Part shown: one piece after another, positions 9,356 through 19,309 of the stretch
Numbering within the stretch: position 1 is the first letter of the stretch
Layout: each line of letters opens with the position of its first letter
Assembly: GCA_003220595.1 (NCBI GenBank)
Contig: QHSZ01000086.1
Location: 1-53,797 of the forward strand
Reading direction: 5' to 3'
Length of the DNA: 53,797 nucleotides
Source: Candidatus Rokuibacteriota bacterium
Lineage (GTDB): Bacteria; Methylomirabilota; Methylomirabilia; Rokubacteriales; CSP1-6
Notes under the pieces: model-generated
Told to the model about the DNA's origin: nothing
Database searches by the model: none
What the model saw: only the letters and a program-made list of their open reading frames with translations
Position numbers and translations under genes: made by a program

Positions 9356-10048
9356 ATGTACCAGCACCTGTTCGCCATCGTCGAGCGCCTGCCGGCGTTC
9401 TGGAGCCCGCCCGCGTCCTCCCTCGGCCCCGTCGCCGTGCACCCCGTGGACGAGCTCCAGCTGATCGCGAGCCCCTGCGACGGGCCGCCCGACGCCAACG
9501 CGCGCGCCCTCGGGAGCCACCACGACGTCGTCCGCTCCACGCTCGATGCGGCCGCCGTCCTCCCGTTCCGCTTCGGCACCGTCGTGCCGGCCGCGGAGCT
9601 CCCCGACTGGCTCGAGGCGCACCGGGCGCGCATCTGCTCGACCCTGGCCGAGCTGCGCGGCCGCGTGGAGATGAGCGTGAAGCTCTTGAGACTCCATTGC
9701 GGGCACGGCGCGGACCGCGTGTGCCGCGAGTGCGCCGGGGGCGCGCCCGGGGTGGCGGAGCTCGGCGACCTGGCCGAGCTCCTCGTCGAGCGCGCGGGCG
9801 TCGCGCGTTGGCGGTTTTCCTCCTCGGCGCACGGCGACAACGTCGCCGGCGCGGTCGCGTTCCTCGTCCCACGGCCCGAGGTGCACGCCTTCCTCGCGCG
9901 CATCGCGCCGGTCGCGTCGCGTGCCTCGGGCATCGCGGTCGTCCCGACGGGACCGTGGCCCGCCTACTCGTTCGCCGGGAGCTTCGATCGCCTCCCAATC
10001 GCGTGGATGCCCGCGACGCCGCCGCCGCCGGCGCGGTGGTTCGGCTAG
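9356..10048 (+). CDS. GvpL/GvpF family protein
   Basis: HHDVV...AVLPFRFGTV, LRGRVEMSVK, AFLVPR, TGPWPAYSF signature. Confidence 0.8.
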   Translation: MYQHLFAIVERLPAFWSPPASSLGPVAVHPVDELQLIASPCDGPPDANARALGSHHDVVRSTLDAAAVLPFRFGTVVPAAELPDWLEAHRARICSTLAELRGRVEMSVKLLRLHCGHGADRVCRECAGGAPGVAELGDLAELLVERAGVARWRFSSSAHGDNVAGAVAFLVPRPEVHAFLARIAPVASRASGIAVVPTGPWPAYSFAGSFDRLPIAWMPATPPPPARWFG

Positions 10049-10160
10049 CGCCGGCCGGCGACGCCCTGGCGGCGCCCGCCGCCGACCTGCTCGCGGGGCG
10101 GCGCGCGCCTTGCCCCGCCGTGCCCTTGTGGGATAGGCTTGGCGCCCCAGGAGGGTGGAC

Positions 10161-10358
10161 ATGACGCGGCTGCCGCGCGCCGCCGTCGAGGAAATGATGG
10201 ACACGCGCCCGGAGACGACCCTCGAGGCGGCGCTCGAGGTGTTCGAGGTGTTCGCGAGCGGATCGCTCACGGACGAGGTGTACATCCTGGACGACGTCGG
10301 CGGGAAGCGCATCGCGATCGCGCCGGCGGCGCTCAAAGAGAAGTACCGGCGGGGGTGA
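10161..10358 (+). CDS. small hypothetical protein (65 aa)
   Basis: SD-like AGGAGG upstream; GC3-rich codons; followed within 3 nt by the next gene (alternative start GTG 10155). Confidence 0.7.
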   Translation: MTRLPRAAVEEMMDTRPETTLEAALEVFEVFASGSLTDEVYILDDVGGKRIAIAPAALKEKYRRG

Positions 10359-10361
10359 GCC

Positions 10362-11189
10362 ATGGCCATACTCGTGATCTCGCACCAGATGGGCGCGGGC
10401 GGCCCGGAGATCGGCATGGCGCTCGCGCAGCGGCTTGGCTATCGCTACGTGAACCAGGAGCTGCTGCTCGACGCCGCGCGCCGCTACGGGCTCGCCGAGG
10501 AGCGGCTGTCGCATCTCGACGAGTCGAAGCCGACCCTGTTCGAGCGGTTCGACACCGAGACGCGCCACCACATCACCGTCCTCCAGACCACGCTCCTCGA
10601 GTTCGCCGAGCAGGACAATTGCGTGCTCATGCGCGGCGGCGGCCAGTGGCTCCTGCGCGGCGTGCCGCACGCGCTGCGCGTGCGCCTGATCGCGCCGTTC
10701 GAGCATCGGGTGAAGCAGTGGATCAAGCGCACCGCCGAGATGACGGGCGAGACGCCCACGCACCGCGCGGCCGCCGACTTCGTGCGGCGCGACGACGCGG
10801 AAAAGGCGGGCCGGATGCGCTACCTCTACGAGGTCGACATCTCGGACCCGAACCTCTACGAGCTGATCGTGAACGTCGAGAAGCTTCCGTACGACGCCGT
10901 GGTCGAGATGCTCGCGGGGCTCGTGCGCCGGCCGGAGTTGGCGACGGCCGAGGATGGGCGACGGCTCGTCGCCTCGCGGGCGCTGGCCTCGCGCGTGCAG
11001 GTGGCCCTCGCCACGCACCCGGAGACGCGCCGCTACCGCATCACCGTGGACGCGCAGGGGGGCGTGGTCACGCTCGAGGGCACGGCCGCGCTCGACCGGG
11101 CCGTCGAGGTGGCGCGCGCCGTCCCGGGCGTCAAGCAGGTGAAGACCCAGCAGCTGGAGATCCCGCCGATCCCCCCGTTCGTCGCCTAA
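10362..11189 (+). CDS. cytidylate kinase-like family protein with C-terminal BON domain
   Basis: ISHQMGAGG degenerate P-loop, MRGGG, VRLIAP; C-terminal ITVDAQGGVVTLEG...ARAVPGVKQV BON motif. Confidence 0.85.
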   Translation: MAILVISHQMGAGGPEIGMALAQRLGYRYVNQELLLDAARRYGLAEERLSHLDESKPTLFERFDTETRHHITVLQTTLLEFAEQDNCVLMRGGGQWLLRGVPHALRVRLIAPFEHRVKQWIKRTAEMTGETPTHRAAADFVRRDDAEKAGRMRYLYEVDISDPNLYELIVNVEKLPYDAVVEMLAGLVRRPELATAEDGRRLVASRALASRVQVALATHPETRRYRITVDAQGGVVTLEGTAALDRAVEVARAVPGVKQVKTQQLEIPPIPPFVA

Positions 11190-11194
11190 TTGAA

Positions 11195-11300
11195 CATGGG
11201 GGCCCCGACATGGCCCCCAAACCCCCCGGGTGGCTCGGGACGCCCCGGCGGAGCCGTGGCGCCCCTCGATAACCCGACGGGCCCCGACATGGCCCCCATG
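11195..11300. repeat. structured interspersed repeat, family B (plus partial second copy)
   Basis: 11195-11270 matches the reverse complement of 38609-38689; GGGCCCCGACATGGCCCCC is repeated at 11279-11297; outer 10-bp inverted repeat CATGGGGGCC/GGCCCCCATG. Confidence 0.85.
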
Positions 11301-11311
11301 CGGACGGTCCC

Positions 11312-12496
<1,185 letters not shown>

Positions 12497-12546
12497 CGGG
12501 GACCGCCTTCCGGAATGCGTTCGCGCGGGGCGCGGCGGCGTTGTGG

Positions 12547-12609
12547 ATCTTAGCGGCCGAAACGGGCGAGTGTCAAGGAAACTATTGCAATCATGTATTT
12601 TCCTTGACG
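12547..12609. promoter_or_regulatory. divergent promoter region (degP / polysaccharide operon)
   Basis: Minus strand TTGACA-N18-TAAGAT; plus strand TTGACG at 12604; 10-bp inverted repeat GTCAAGGAAA/TTTCCTTGAC; AT-rich. Confidence 0.6.
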
Positions 12610-12665
12610 CTCGGAAGCCCGAAAAGAGAAAATGGCACAATCGGGGCCAATGGCCTCGAGCCACG

Positions 12666-14216
12666 ATGAAACGGCACATCTTTCGCAGGGCTCTGAGCGC
12701 AACACTAATCATGTCCCTGCTGGCGCCCGTCCCAGGGTTCGCGCAGCAAGGGGCGACGGGTCCGCCGGCCGCGCCTCCGGCCGTTCCCGCGCGACCGGTG
12801 CTGCCGGCCGCGGCGCCTCCGCCCCCGAGCCGCATCATTCCGGGCCCTGAGTACCGGGTGGGTCCCGGCGACATCCTCGACGTACAGATCGCCGGCCGCC
12901 TCGAAGTGATCCGCTCCCAGGTCGCCGTCGACCTGGAAGGCGCCGTCAACATGCCGCCCCTCGGCTCGATCCCGCTCTCGGGTCTCACGTTGCTCGAGGC
13001 CCACCGGCGCATCGCCGCACGCGCGCACGCGATCTACAAGTTCGTGGACGTGACGGTCGCCGTCGTCGCGCCCCGCACCTTCGAGATCACCGTCTCGGGC
13101 GAGGTCGAGCGGCCAGGGACGATGACGGTGAGCGCCACGCGGCGGCTCCACGAGGTCACCCTCGAGGCGGGCGGCGTCACGCCGCGCGGCAGCCTGCGGC
13201 GCGTCCTCGTGGCCAGGAAAAGCGGTCAGGCCGAGATGGACCTGCTGCGCTTCGAGCTCAGGGGCGATCTCTCCCAGAACCCGTTCGTCGAGGAGGGTAT
13301 GAGGATCCTCGTGCCCCCGAAGGGCCCCTCGGTCATGCTGGCGGGCGCCGTCCGCCGGCCCGGGGAGTATGAGATCGGTCCCGACGGCTCGCTCGCGGCG
13401 CTCCTCGACCTCGTCGGGGGCCTGAGCCAGGCCGCGGCGGGGGCCGAGGCGCGGCTCACGCGCGTCGGCGCCGATGGCCGCAAGGAAACGCTCACGCTCG
13501 ACCTCCACACCGCGCTCCGGGCGCCGGCCGACGTGCCGCTCCAGCCCGGCGACGCGCTGTTCGTGCCGCCGCTTTCCGTGCTCCAGGACGTCGTCGAGGT
13601 GCGCGGCGCCTTCACCGGCACGCCCGAGTCCAGCAAGACGAGCGTGGCCGGCAAGGCGACGATCGTGCAGCGCTTCGAGCTGGCGCAGGGCGACCGCGTC
13701 CGCGACGTCGTCGTCCGCGCCGGCGGCGCGGCGGCGTACGCCGACCTGCGGCTCACGGTGATCGAGCGCAGCGGCCAGACCGGGCCGCGGCAGCGGATCC
13801 CCGTCGACCTCCACCGGTTGCTCGTCGAGAAGGACGAGACGCAGAACGTCCTGCTCCAGAACGGCGACGTCGTCCTCCTGCCCATCGTCGAGGACAAGGT
13901 CTACGTCGTCGGCGAGGTCAGGACGCCCGGCGGTCTGGACTTCCGGCCCGACCTCACGCCGCGGGAGTACGTCACGCTCGCGGGCGGGCCGACCAACCGC
14001 GCCAAGCTCCCCGGGACGGCCGTGACCTTCCGCAACGGCAGGACCTACGCGATGGCCGATGCGCCGCCGCTCGAGCCGGGCGCGGTCGTCACGGTGCCCG
14101 AGGTCGCGGTGAAGTGGTGGCAGGACTACCTGCAGATCGCGTCGGTCCTCGCCGGGCTCGTCACCGCGTACACCGGCGTCTACATCCTCTTCAACGGCCC
14201 GTTGTCGAGGCCCTGA
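12666..14216 (+). CDS. polysaccharide export protein, Wza/SLBB-domain family
   Basis: Signal peptide, YRVGPGDIL Poly_export motif, repeated SLBB motifs (GEVERPG, GAVRRPG, GEVRTPG), C-terminal hydrophobic helix. Confidence 0.88.
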   Translation: MKRHIFRRALSATLIMSLLAPVPGFAQQGATGPPAAPPAVPARPVLPAAAPPPPSRIIPGPEYRVGPGDILDVQIAGRLEVIRSQVAVDLEGAVNMPPLGSIPLSGLTLLEAHRRIAARAHAIYKFVDVTVAVVAPRTFEITVSGEVERPGTMTVSATRRLHEVTLEAGGVTPRGSLRRVLVARKSGQAEMDLLRFELRGDLSQNPFVEEGMRILVPPKGPSVMLAGAVRRPGEYEIGPDGSLAALLDLVGGLSQAAAGAEARLTRVGADGRKETLTLDLHTALRAPADVPLQPGDALFVPPLSVLQDVVEVRGAFTGTPESSKTSVAGKATIVQRFELAQGDRVRDVVVRAGGAAAYADLRLTVIERSGQTGPRQRIPVDLHRLLVEKDETQNVLLQNGDVVLLPIVEDKVYVVGEVRTPGGLDFRPDLTPREYVTLAGGPTNRAKLPGTAVTFRNGRTYAMADAPPLEPGAVVTVPEVAVKWWQDYLQIASVLAGLVTAYTGVYILFNGPLSRP

Positions 14217-14220
14217 ACTA

Positions 14221-15027
14221 ATGTACGAAGCGTACTGGGAGCTCGCCGAATCACCATTCGACAACTCGCCGAACCCGAAATTCTTTTACCTCTCGCCGGA
14301 CCACGAGGAAGCCCTGGTGCGGCTCGTGTACACGGTCCGCCACCGCAAGGGCTGCGGGATGCTCACGGGCGAGTACGGGTGCGGCAAGACCACGCTGTCG
14401 CGCGCCCTCATCCAGCGGCTCGAGGCCGACCGCTACGAGATCGGCCTCCTGACCAACCCGAGCTGGACCCCGGTCGAGTTCCTCCGCGAGGTGCTCTACC
14501 AGCTCGGTGTCGAGACGGACGAGAAGAACAAGCCCGAGCTTCTCCATTTGCTGAACGACGCCTTCTACCGGAACTTCCAGGCCGGACGCGACAGCGTCGT
14601 CATCGTGGACGAGGCGCAGCTGATCGACGACGACGCCGTCTTCGAGGAGCTCCGGTTGCTCCTGAACTTCCAGACCGACGAACGCTTCCTCGTGACGCTC
14701 CTCCTCATCGGCTCGCCCGAGCTCGCCGTCAAGGTGCGGCGGATGAAGCACCTCGACCAGCGGATCACGCTCCGCTACCACCTGAACACGCTCGACTACA
14801 CGCACACGGCGAACTACATCGCGCACCGCCTGACGATGGCGGGCCAGACGAGGCAGCTCTTCACCGAGGGGGCGATCAAGCTCATCTTCGACTTCACGCG
14901 CGGGACGCCGCGCGAGATCAACAACCTCTGCGACGTCGCCCTGCTCGTCGGCTTCTCGAAGCGCGCCACGGAGATCGGGGACAAGATCATCGCCGAGGTC
15001 ATCAAGGACATGGTGGGCGTGTCCTGA
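14221..15027 (+). CDS. ExeA/GspA-like AAA ATPase
   Basis: MYEAYWELAESPF, GEYGCGKTT Walker A, IVDEAQ Walker B, GTPREIN. Confidence 0.9.
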   Translation: MYEAYWELAESPFDNSPNPKFFYLSPDHEEALVRLVYTVRHRKGCGMLTGEYGCGKTTLSRALIQRLEADRYEIGLLTNPSWTPVEFLREVLYQLGVETDEKNKPELLHLLNDAFYRNFQAGRDSVVIVDEAQLIDDDAVFEELRLLLNFQTDERFLVTLLLIGSPELAVKVRRMKHLDQRITLRYHLNTLDYTHTANYIAHRLTMAGQTRQLFTEGAIKLIFDFTRGTPREINNLCDVALLVGFSKRATEIGDKIIAEVIKDMVGVS

Positions 15028-16142
15028 TGGTACGGATGAGCGACCTCGTGCGTGGCACCGTCGTCGCCCCGAAGCCCGCGGCGGAGACGGACAAGGACAC
15101 GGCCGCCAAGCGGCCGGCCGCGGGAGCCGGCGTGCCGCCGGCGCTCCCCCGCACGCGCCTCGCCGATCTGACGCCGCCGCCACCCGCGCCGCCGAAGCAG
15201 GCCGAGCCCGCGCGGCCTGCGCCGGAGACGCGCGCGCGAGCCGAGGCGCCGGGCGAGAGCGCCGAGCCGCTGCTGGGTGAGCTGCAGGTGTGCATCGCGC
15301 GGGTGCGCGAGGTCGCACGCGCTGGCGGGCAGTTCCCGTGGGGCGATCTCGAGCGCCTGATCGTGCGCGTCGTCGGCTCGCTCGAGCGCGCCGGCGACCT
15401 GTTCTGGGCGGCCAACAACCCCGCGGCGCCGCCCGGCATCGATTACCTCGCGTTCCACCAAGCGCGCGTCGCGGTGCTCGCGATCCGCATCGGCATCGAC
15501 CTCGGTTACGAGCGCCGGCGCCTCATCCCGCTTGGCATCGCGGGGGCCCTCATCGACGTCGGGCTCTGGCAACTGCCCGAAGGCGTGCTGCGGCGGCTCG
15601 ACGCGCTCTCGCCCGAGGAGCAGACGCAGTATCACTCGCACCCGCGGCTCGGCGCCGACCTGCTTCGGCGCTTCACGCCGCCCCACGAGGGCATCGTCGA
15701 GGCGGTGTTGCAGCACCACGAGCGCGAGCAAGGGCAGGGCTTCCCCCAGGGGCTCGCCGCCGTGGCGATCCACCCCGACGCCAAGATCCTGGGCCTCGTC
15801 GACACGTATGCGGGGCTCACCGTCCCGCCGACCTCGCGGCCGCGCGTCCGCCCGCACGAGGCGATCCGCGACATCGTGCGGGGGAAGCACGAGTCCTTCC
15901 CGTCCGCGCTCGTCAAGGCGCTGCTCTCCGAGGTCTCGGTCTTTCCGCCGGGCACGCTCGTGCGCCTCAACACGGGCGAGATGGGGCGCGTCATCGCCGT
16001 GAACCGCAGCCATCCGCTCCGGCCCCGCGTCGAGATCATCGCCGACGGCAAGGGCCAGCGTCTCCCCGCGCCGAAGACGACCGACCTCGCCGAGGCGCCC
16101 TTCCTCTACATCACCGGTGCGGTCGCGGAGGGCGGGCACTAG
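15027..16142 (+). CDS. degenerate HD-GYP domain protein
   Basis: IDVG replaces HDIG; HHERE...GFPQG; C-terminal FPPGTLVRLNTGE; Pro-rich N-terminus. Confidence 0.8.
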   Translation: MVRMSDLVRGTVVAPKPAAETDKDTAAKRPAAGAGVPPALPRTRLADLTPPPPAPPKQAEPARPAPETRARAEAPGESAEPLLGELQVCIARVREVARAGGQFPWGDLERLIVRVVGSLERAGDLFWAANNPAAPPGIDYLAFHQARVAVLAIRIGIDLGYERRRLIPLGIAGALIDVGLWQLPEGVLRRLDALSPEEQTQYHSHPRLGADLLRRFTPPHEGIVEAVLQHHEREQGQGFPQGLAAVAIHPDAKILGLVDTYAGLTVPPTSRPRVRPHEAIRDIVRGKHESFPSALVKALLSEVSVFPPGTLVRLNTGEMGRVIAVNRSHPLRPRVEIIADGKGQRLPAPKTTDLAEAPFLYITGAVAEGGH

Positions 16143-19100
16143 TGGCACAGTACGAGATGAACCTCCGCGACTACTGGATGATCATCCACCGCCGGCGGGT
16201 GATCATCATCACCGCGACGGTGCTCGTCGCGGGGCTCAGCTTTTGGATCGCCAAGCAAAAGGTCCCGAACTACCAGGCGACGGCCGCGGTGAAGTTCGAG
16301 CAGTCCACTCAGCTCTCGGGCCTGCTCGTCGAGGTGCTCTCGTACTCCAGCGCGGACAACATCGAGACCCAGGTGACGCTCATCAAGAGCTACCCGATCC
16401 TCGAGGAAGCCGCGAAGCGGCTCGGCCGGCTACCGGAGACCGCCTCCGGCGAGGCGCTCCGCGAGGCGAAGAGCTACTGGGCCGCGCTCGACGCGATCGG
16501 CTCGAAGGTCAAGATCGCCCGGGTCCCGACCACGAGCATCCTCGAGATCACGGTGACCTCGACCAACCAGCGCGAGGCCCGGGACATCGCCAACACGGTC
16601 GCCGAGGTCTACCGCGACTACAACAAGGCCCAGCGCAACGTCCGGGTCACCGAGGCGCGCAAGTTCATCGAGAGCCAGCTGAAGGAGGTCGAGGGGCGCG
16701 TGAAGCGGGCCGAGTCCGAGGTGTGGGCGTTCCGCGAGGCCAACCGGATCATCTCGCCCGGCGCCGAGTCGTCGGTGCTGCTCTCGCTCTTCACGCAGGT
16801 GCGGGGCGACATCGAGAAGGCCCGCCAGCAGCGGACCGAGCTCGAGCTGGTGCAGCAGCGGCTCGTCCGGACCGACGCGGCCAACACGGGCGAGCGCGTC
16901 TTCGTCGACACGACGAACCCGGCCGTACAGCGGCTCCAGAGCATGTATTCGGAGCTCCTCCTCGAGCGCAACAACCTCGCGCTCGAGGTGACCGACAAGC
17001 ACCCGCGGCTCCAGGCGCTCGACGACCGTATGCGCGAGGTCCGCATGGAGATGCGGCGCGAGGTCGGGGCCCAGATCGCCGCCCTCCGCAGCCGCGAGGA
17101 GATCCTCAACCGGCAGATGGGCGAGCTCCTCCAGAAGAACCGCGAGATCCCCGAGGTCGAGCTGACGATGCAGCGACTCCAGCGGGAGGCGAAGAACAAC
17201 GACGACCTCCTCACGCTCCTGAAGACGAAGCACCAGGAGGCGCTCATCAAGGAGTCGGAGAAGATCGAGGAGGTGACGATCGTCCGGCCGGCCATCGAGT
17301 CCGACACGCCCATCGGCGCGGAGATGCTGAACACCGTCCTCGTGGGCGCGATCCTCGGCCTGTCGCTCGGGCTGGTCCTCGCCTTCGTGCAGGAGACGCT
17401 CGACACCTCGATCGGCACGATCGAGGACATCGAGGCGTACCTCGAGGTCCCGGTCCTCGGCGTGGTGCCGCACATCGACGCGCGGGCGACGGTCCAGAGC
17501 ATCCTCGCGCGACGGCCCGCGCTGGCGCAGATGGAGCCGGACGCGCTCCTGAGCCACTCGCTGCTCATCACCCACTTCGACCCGAAGTCGCCGGTTGCCG
17601 AGGCGTTCCGCACGCTCCGGACGAACATCCAGTTCGCGCGCCTGGAGCGGGCGGGAAAGCTCCTCGTCGTGACCAGCGCGACCCTGCAGGAAGGCAAGAC
17701 GACGACGATCGTCAACCTGGCGATCACGATGGCGCAGAGCGGGCAGCGCACGCTCCTCGTCGGCTCCAACATGCGCCGCCCGAGCATCCATCGCTTCTTC
17801 GGCATCGAGCGCGAGCCCGGGCTCTCCGACATCCTGGTCGGCAGCGTCCAGTGGCGCGACTGCATTCGCACCGTCGCGGACATCCTCATGGGCCGCTTCG
17901 AGATGGAAGACATCATGTCCGCGCCGGGCCTCGACAACCTGCACATCATCGAGGCCGGGCCGATCCCGGCGAACCCCTCCGAGCTCCTCTCGACGCCGGC
18001 GATGACCGCGTTCCTCCAAGCCGTGCGCGAGGAGTACGACATCGTCCTGATCGACACGCCGCCGGTCCTGCCGGTCACCGACTCGGCGATCGTGGCGTCG
18101 CAGACGGACGGCGTGATCCTCGTCTACCAGGCGGGCAAGGTGGGGCGCCTCGTCCTGAAGCGCGCCAAGGTCCATATCGAGAACGTCGGCGGCAAGGTCT
18201 GGGGCGTCGTCCTCAACGACGTCAAGAGCGAGATCGCCGGCTACGCGTACACGCACTACTACACGCACTACTACGGCGAGGAGACGGTCGTCGACGCCCG
18301 CAAGGAGCAGCTCCAGCGGGTCGGCGGCTTCTTCCGTAAGCTCTTCCGGCGCGGTGGCGGCAAGGAGACGACGATCGCCGAGCGCCCGGCCGAGGTGGCG
18401 GGCGCGTACGCGCCGGCCGCCGACGAGCCCGCGAGGGCGCGCCGCGGACCCCGCCGCGGCCTCCTGCTCGCGCTGCTCGTGGTCCTCGCGGGGGCCGCGG
18501 TCGCCGGGCTCTTCGCATGGCGTGCGGGGTGGCTGACGAGCGACCTCGGACCGCGGCAGCTCCTGCGCCAGAGGCTCGCGGCACCCCGGCCGGCGGCTCC
18601 GGCGCCGGCCAGCGCCGCGCCGCCCCCTCTCGTGGCGCCGGCGCCGCCTCCGGTCGCGCCCGAGTCGGTCGCGGCGGCCCCCGCGCCCGTTGCCCCGGCC
18701 CCCGCGCCGGTCGCCCCGGCCCCTGCGCCCGAGAGCGTGGCTCCCGCTGCGGCGGCTCAGGCGCCGGGCCCCCCGCCCGCGCCCGAGGTGCAGGCACCCG
18801 CGCCGCCGCCGCCGGCGGCGGCGGCCGCCGCGCGCTTCGCGCTGGAGCTCGGGCCGTTCACGAAGCGGGAGGACGTGGAGCGCGTCGAGCTCCAGCTGAG
18901 CCGGGCCGGCTACGCGACCGTCCGCTTGCGCCAGCGCGACACGGGCGCGGCCGTGTACGCCGTGCTCATCGAGCAGGTCCCGAGCGCCCGTGAGGCGCAG
19001 GCGGTCGTCGCCACTCTCCGTGAGCAGGGCTTCGGCGACGCGATGGCGCTGGGCGACGGTGAGCCGCGTGGCGTGCGCGTCGGCGCGCCGCTGCCGCTGC

Positions 19101-19288
19101 GCGGCGCGGTGCAGCTGGCCGAGCGGGTCCGCGCGGCCGGCTACCGCGTGCGCGTGGCCCTACAGCCGGGGGAGGCTCTCACGTTCACGCTGCGGCTCGG
19201 CAGCTTCGCGACGTCCGAGGAAGGCCAGGTGACGAGCCAGGAGCTGACGCGCGCCGGCCTCGCGAACCGGGTCGTCCGGGTGAAGTAG
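16142..19288 (+). CDS. wzc: Wzc-type polysaccharide co-polymerase/BY-kinase fused to TM-Pro-linker-SPOR domains
   Basis: Two TMs flanking a coiled coil, AEAFRTLRTN, EGKTT, IDTPP, Tyr cluster GYAYTHYYTHYYG, then a third TM, PAPV linker and SPOR-like LELGPF/LRLGSF repeats. Confidence 0.88.
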   Translation: MAQYEMNLRDYWMIIHRRRVIIITATVLVAGLSFWIAKQKVPNYQATAAVKFEQSTQLSGLLVEVLSYSSADNIETQVTLIKSYPILEEAAKRLGRLPETASGEALREAKSYWAALDAIGSKVKIARVPTTSILEITVTSTNQREARDIANTVAEVYRDYNKAQRNVRVTEARKFIESQLKEVEGRVKRAESEVWAFREANRIISPGAESSVLLSLFTQVRGDIEKARQQRTELELVQQRLVRTDAANTGERVFVDTTNPAVQRLQSMYSELLLERNNLALEVTDKHPRLQALDDRMREVRMEMRREVGAQIAALRSREEILNRQMGELLQKNREIPEVELTMQRLQREAKNNDDLLTLLKTKHQEALIKESEKIEEVTIVRPAIESDTPIGAEMLNTVLVGAILGLSLGLVLAFVQETLDTSIGTIEDIEAYLEVPVLGVVPHIDARATVQSILARRPALAQMEPDALLSHSLLITHFDPKSPVAEAFRTLRTNIQFARLERAGKLLVVTSATLQEGKTTTIVNLAITMAQSGQRTLLVGSNMRRPSIHRFFGIEREPGLSDILVGSVQWRDCIRTVADILMGRFEMEDIMSAPGLDNLHIIEAGPIPANPSELLSTPAMTAFLQAVREEYDIVLIDTPPVLPVTDSAIVASQTDGVILVYQAGKVGRLVLKRAKVHIENVGGKVWGVVLNDVKSEIAGYAYTHYYTHYYGEETVVDARKEQLQRVGGFFRKLFRRGGGKETTIAERPAEVAGAYAPAADEPARARRGPRRGLLLALLVVLAGAAVAGLFAWRAGWLTSDLGPRQLLRQRLAAPRPAAPAPASAAPPPLVAPAPPPVAPESVAAAPAPVAPAPAPVAPAPAPESVAPAAAAQAPGPPPAPEVQAPAPPPPAAAAAARFALELGPFTKREDVERVELQLSRAGYATVRLRQRDTGAAVYAVLIEQVPSAREAQAVVATLREQGFGDAMALGDGEPRGVRVGAPLPLRGAVQLAERVRAAGYRVRVALQPGEALTFTLRLGSFATSEEGQVTSQELTRAGLANRVVRVK

Positions 19289-19309
19289 CGCCAGGCTCCC
19301 CGCCGGCCG

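Noticed and set aside
18581-18830. DNA repeat or mobile element inside wzc
   Set aside because: Explained by a Pro/Ala-rich linker (PAPVA, APESVA) with synonymous variation.
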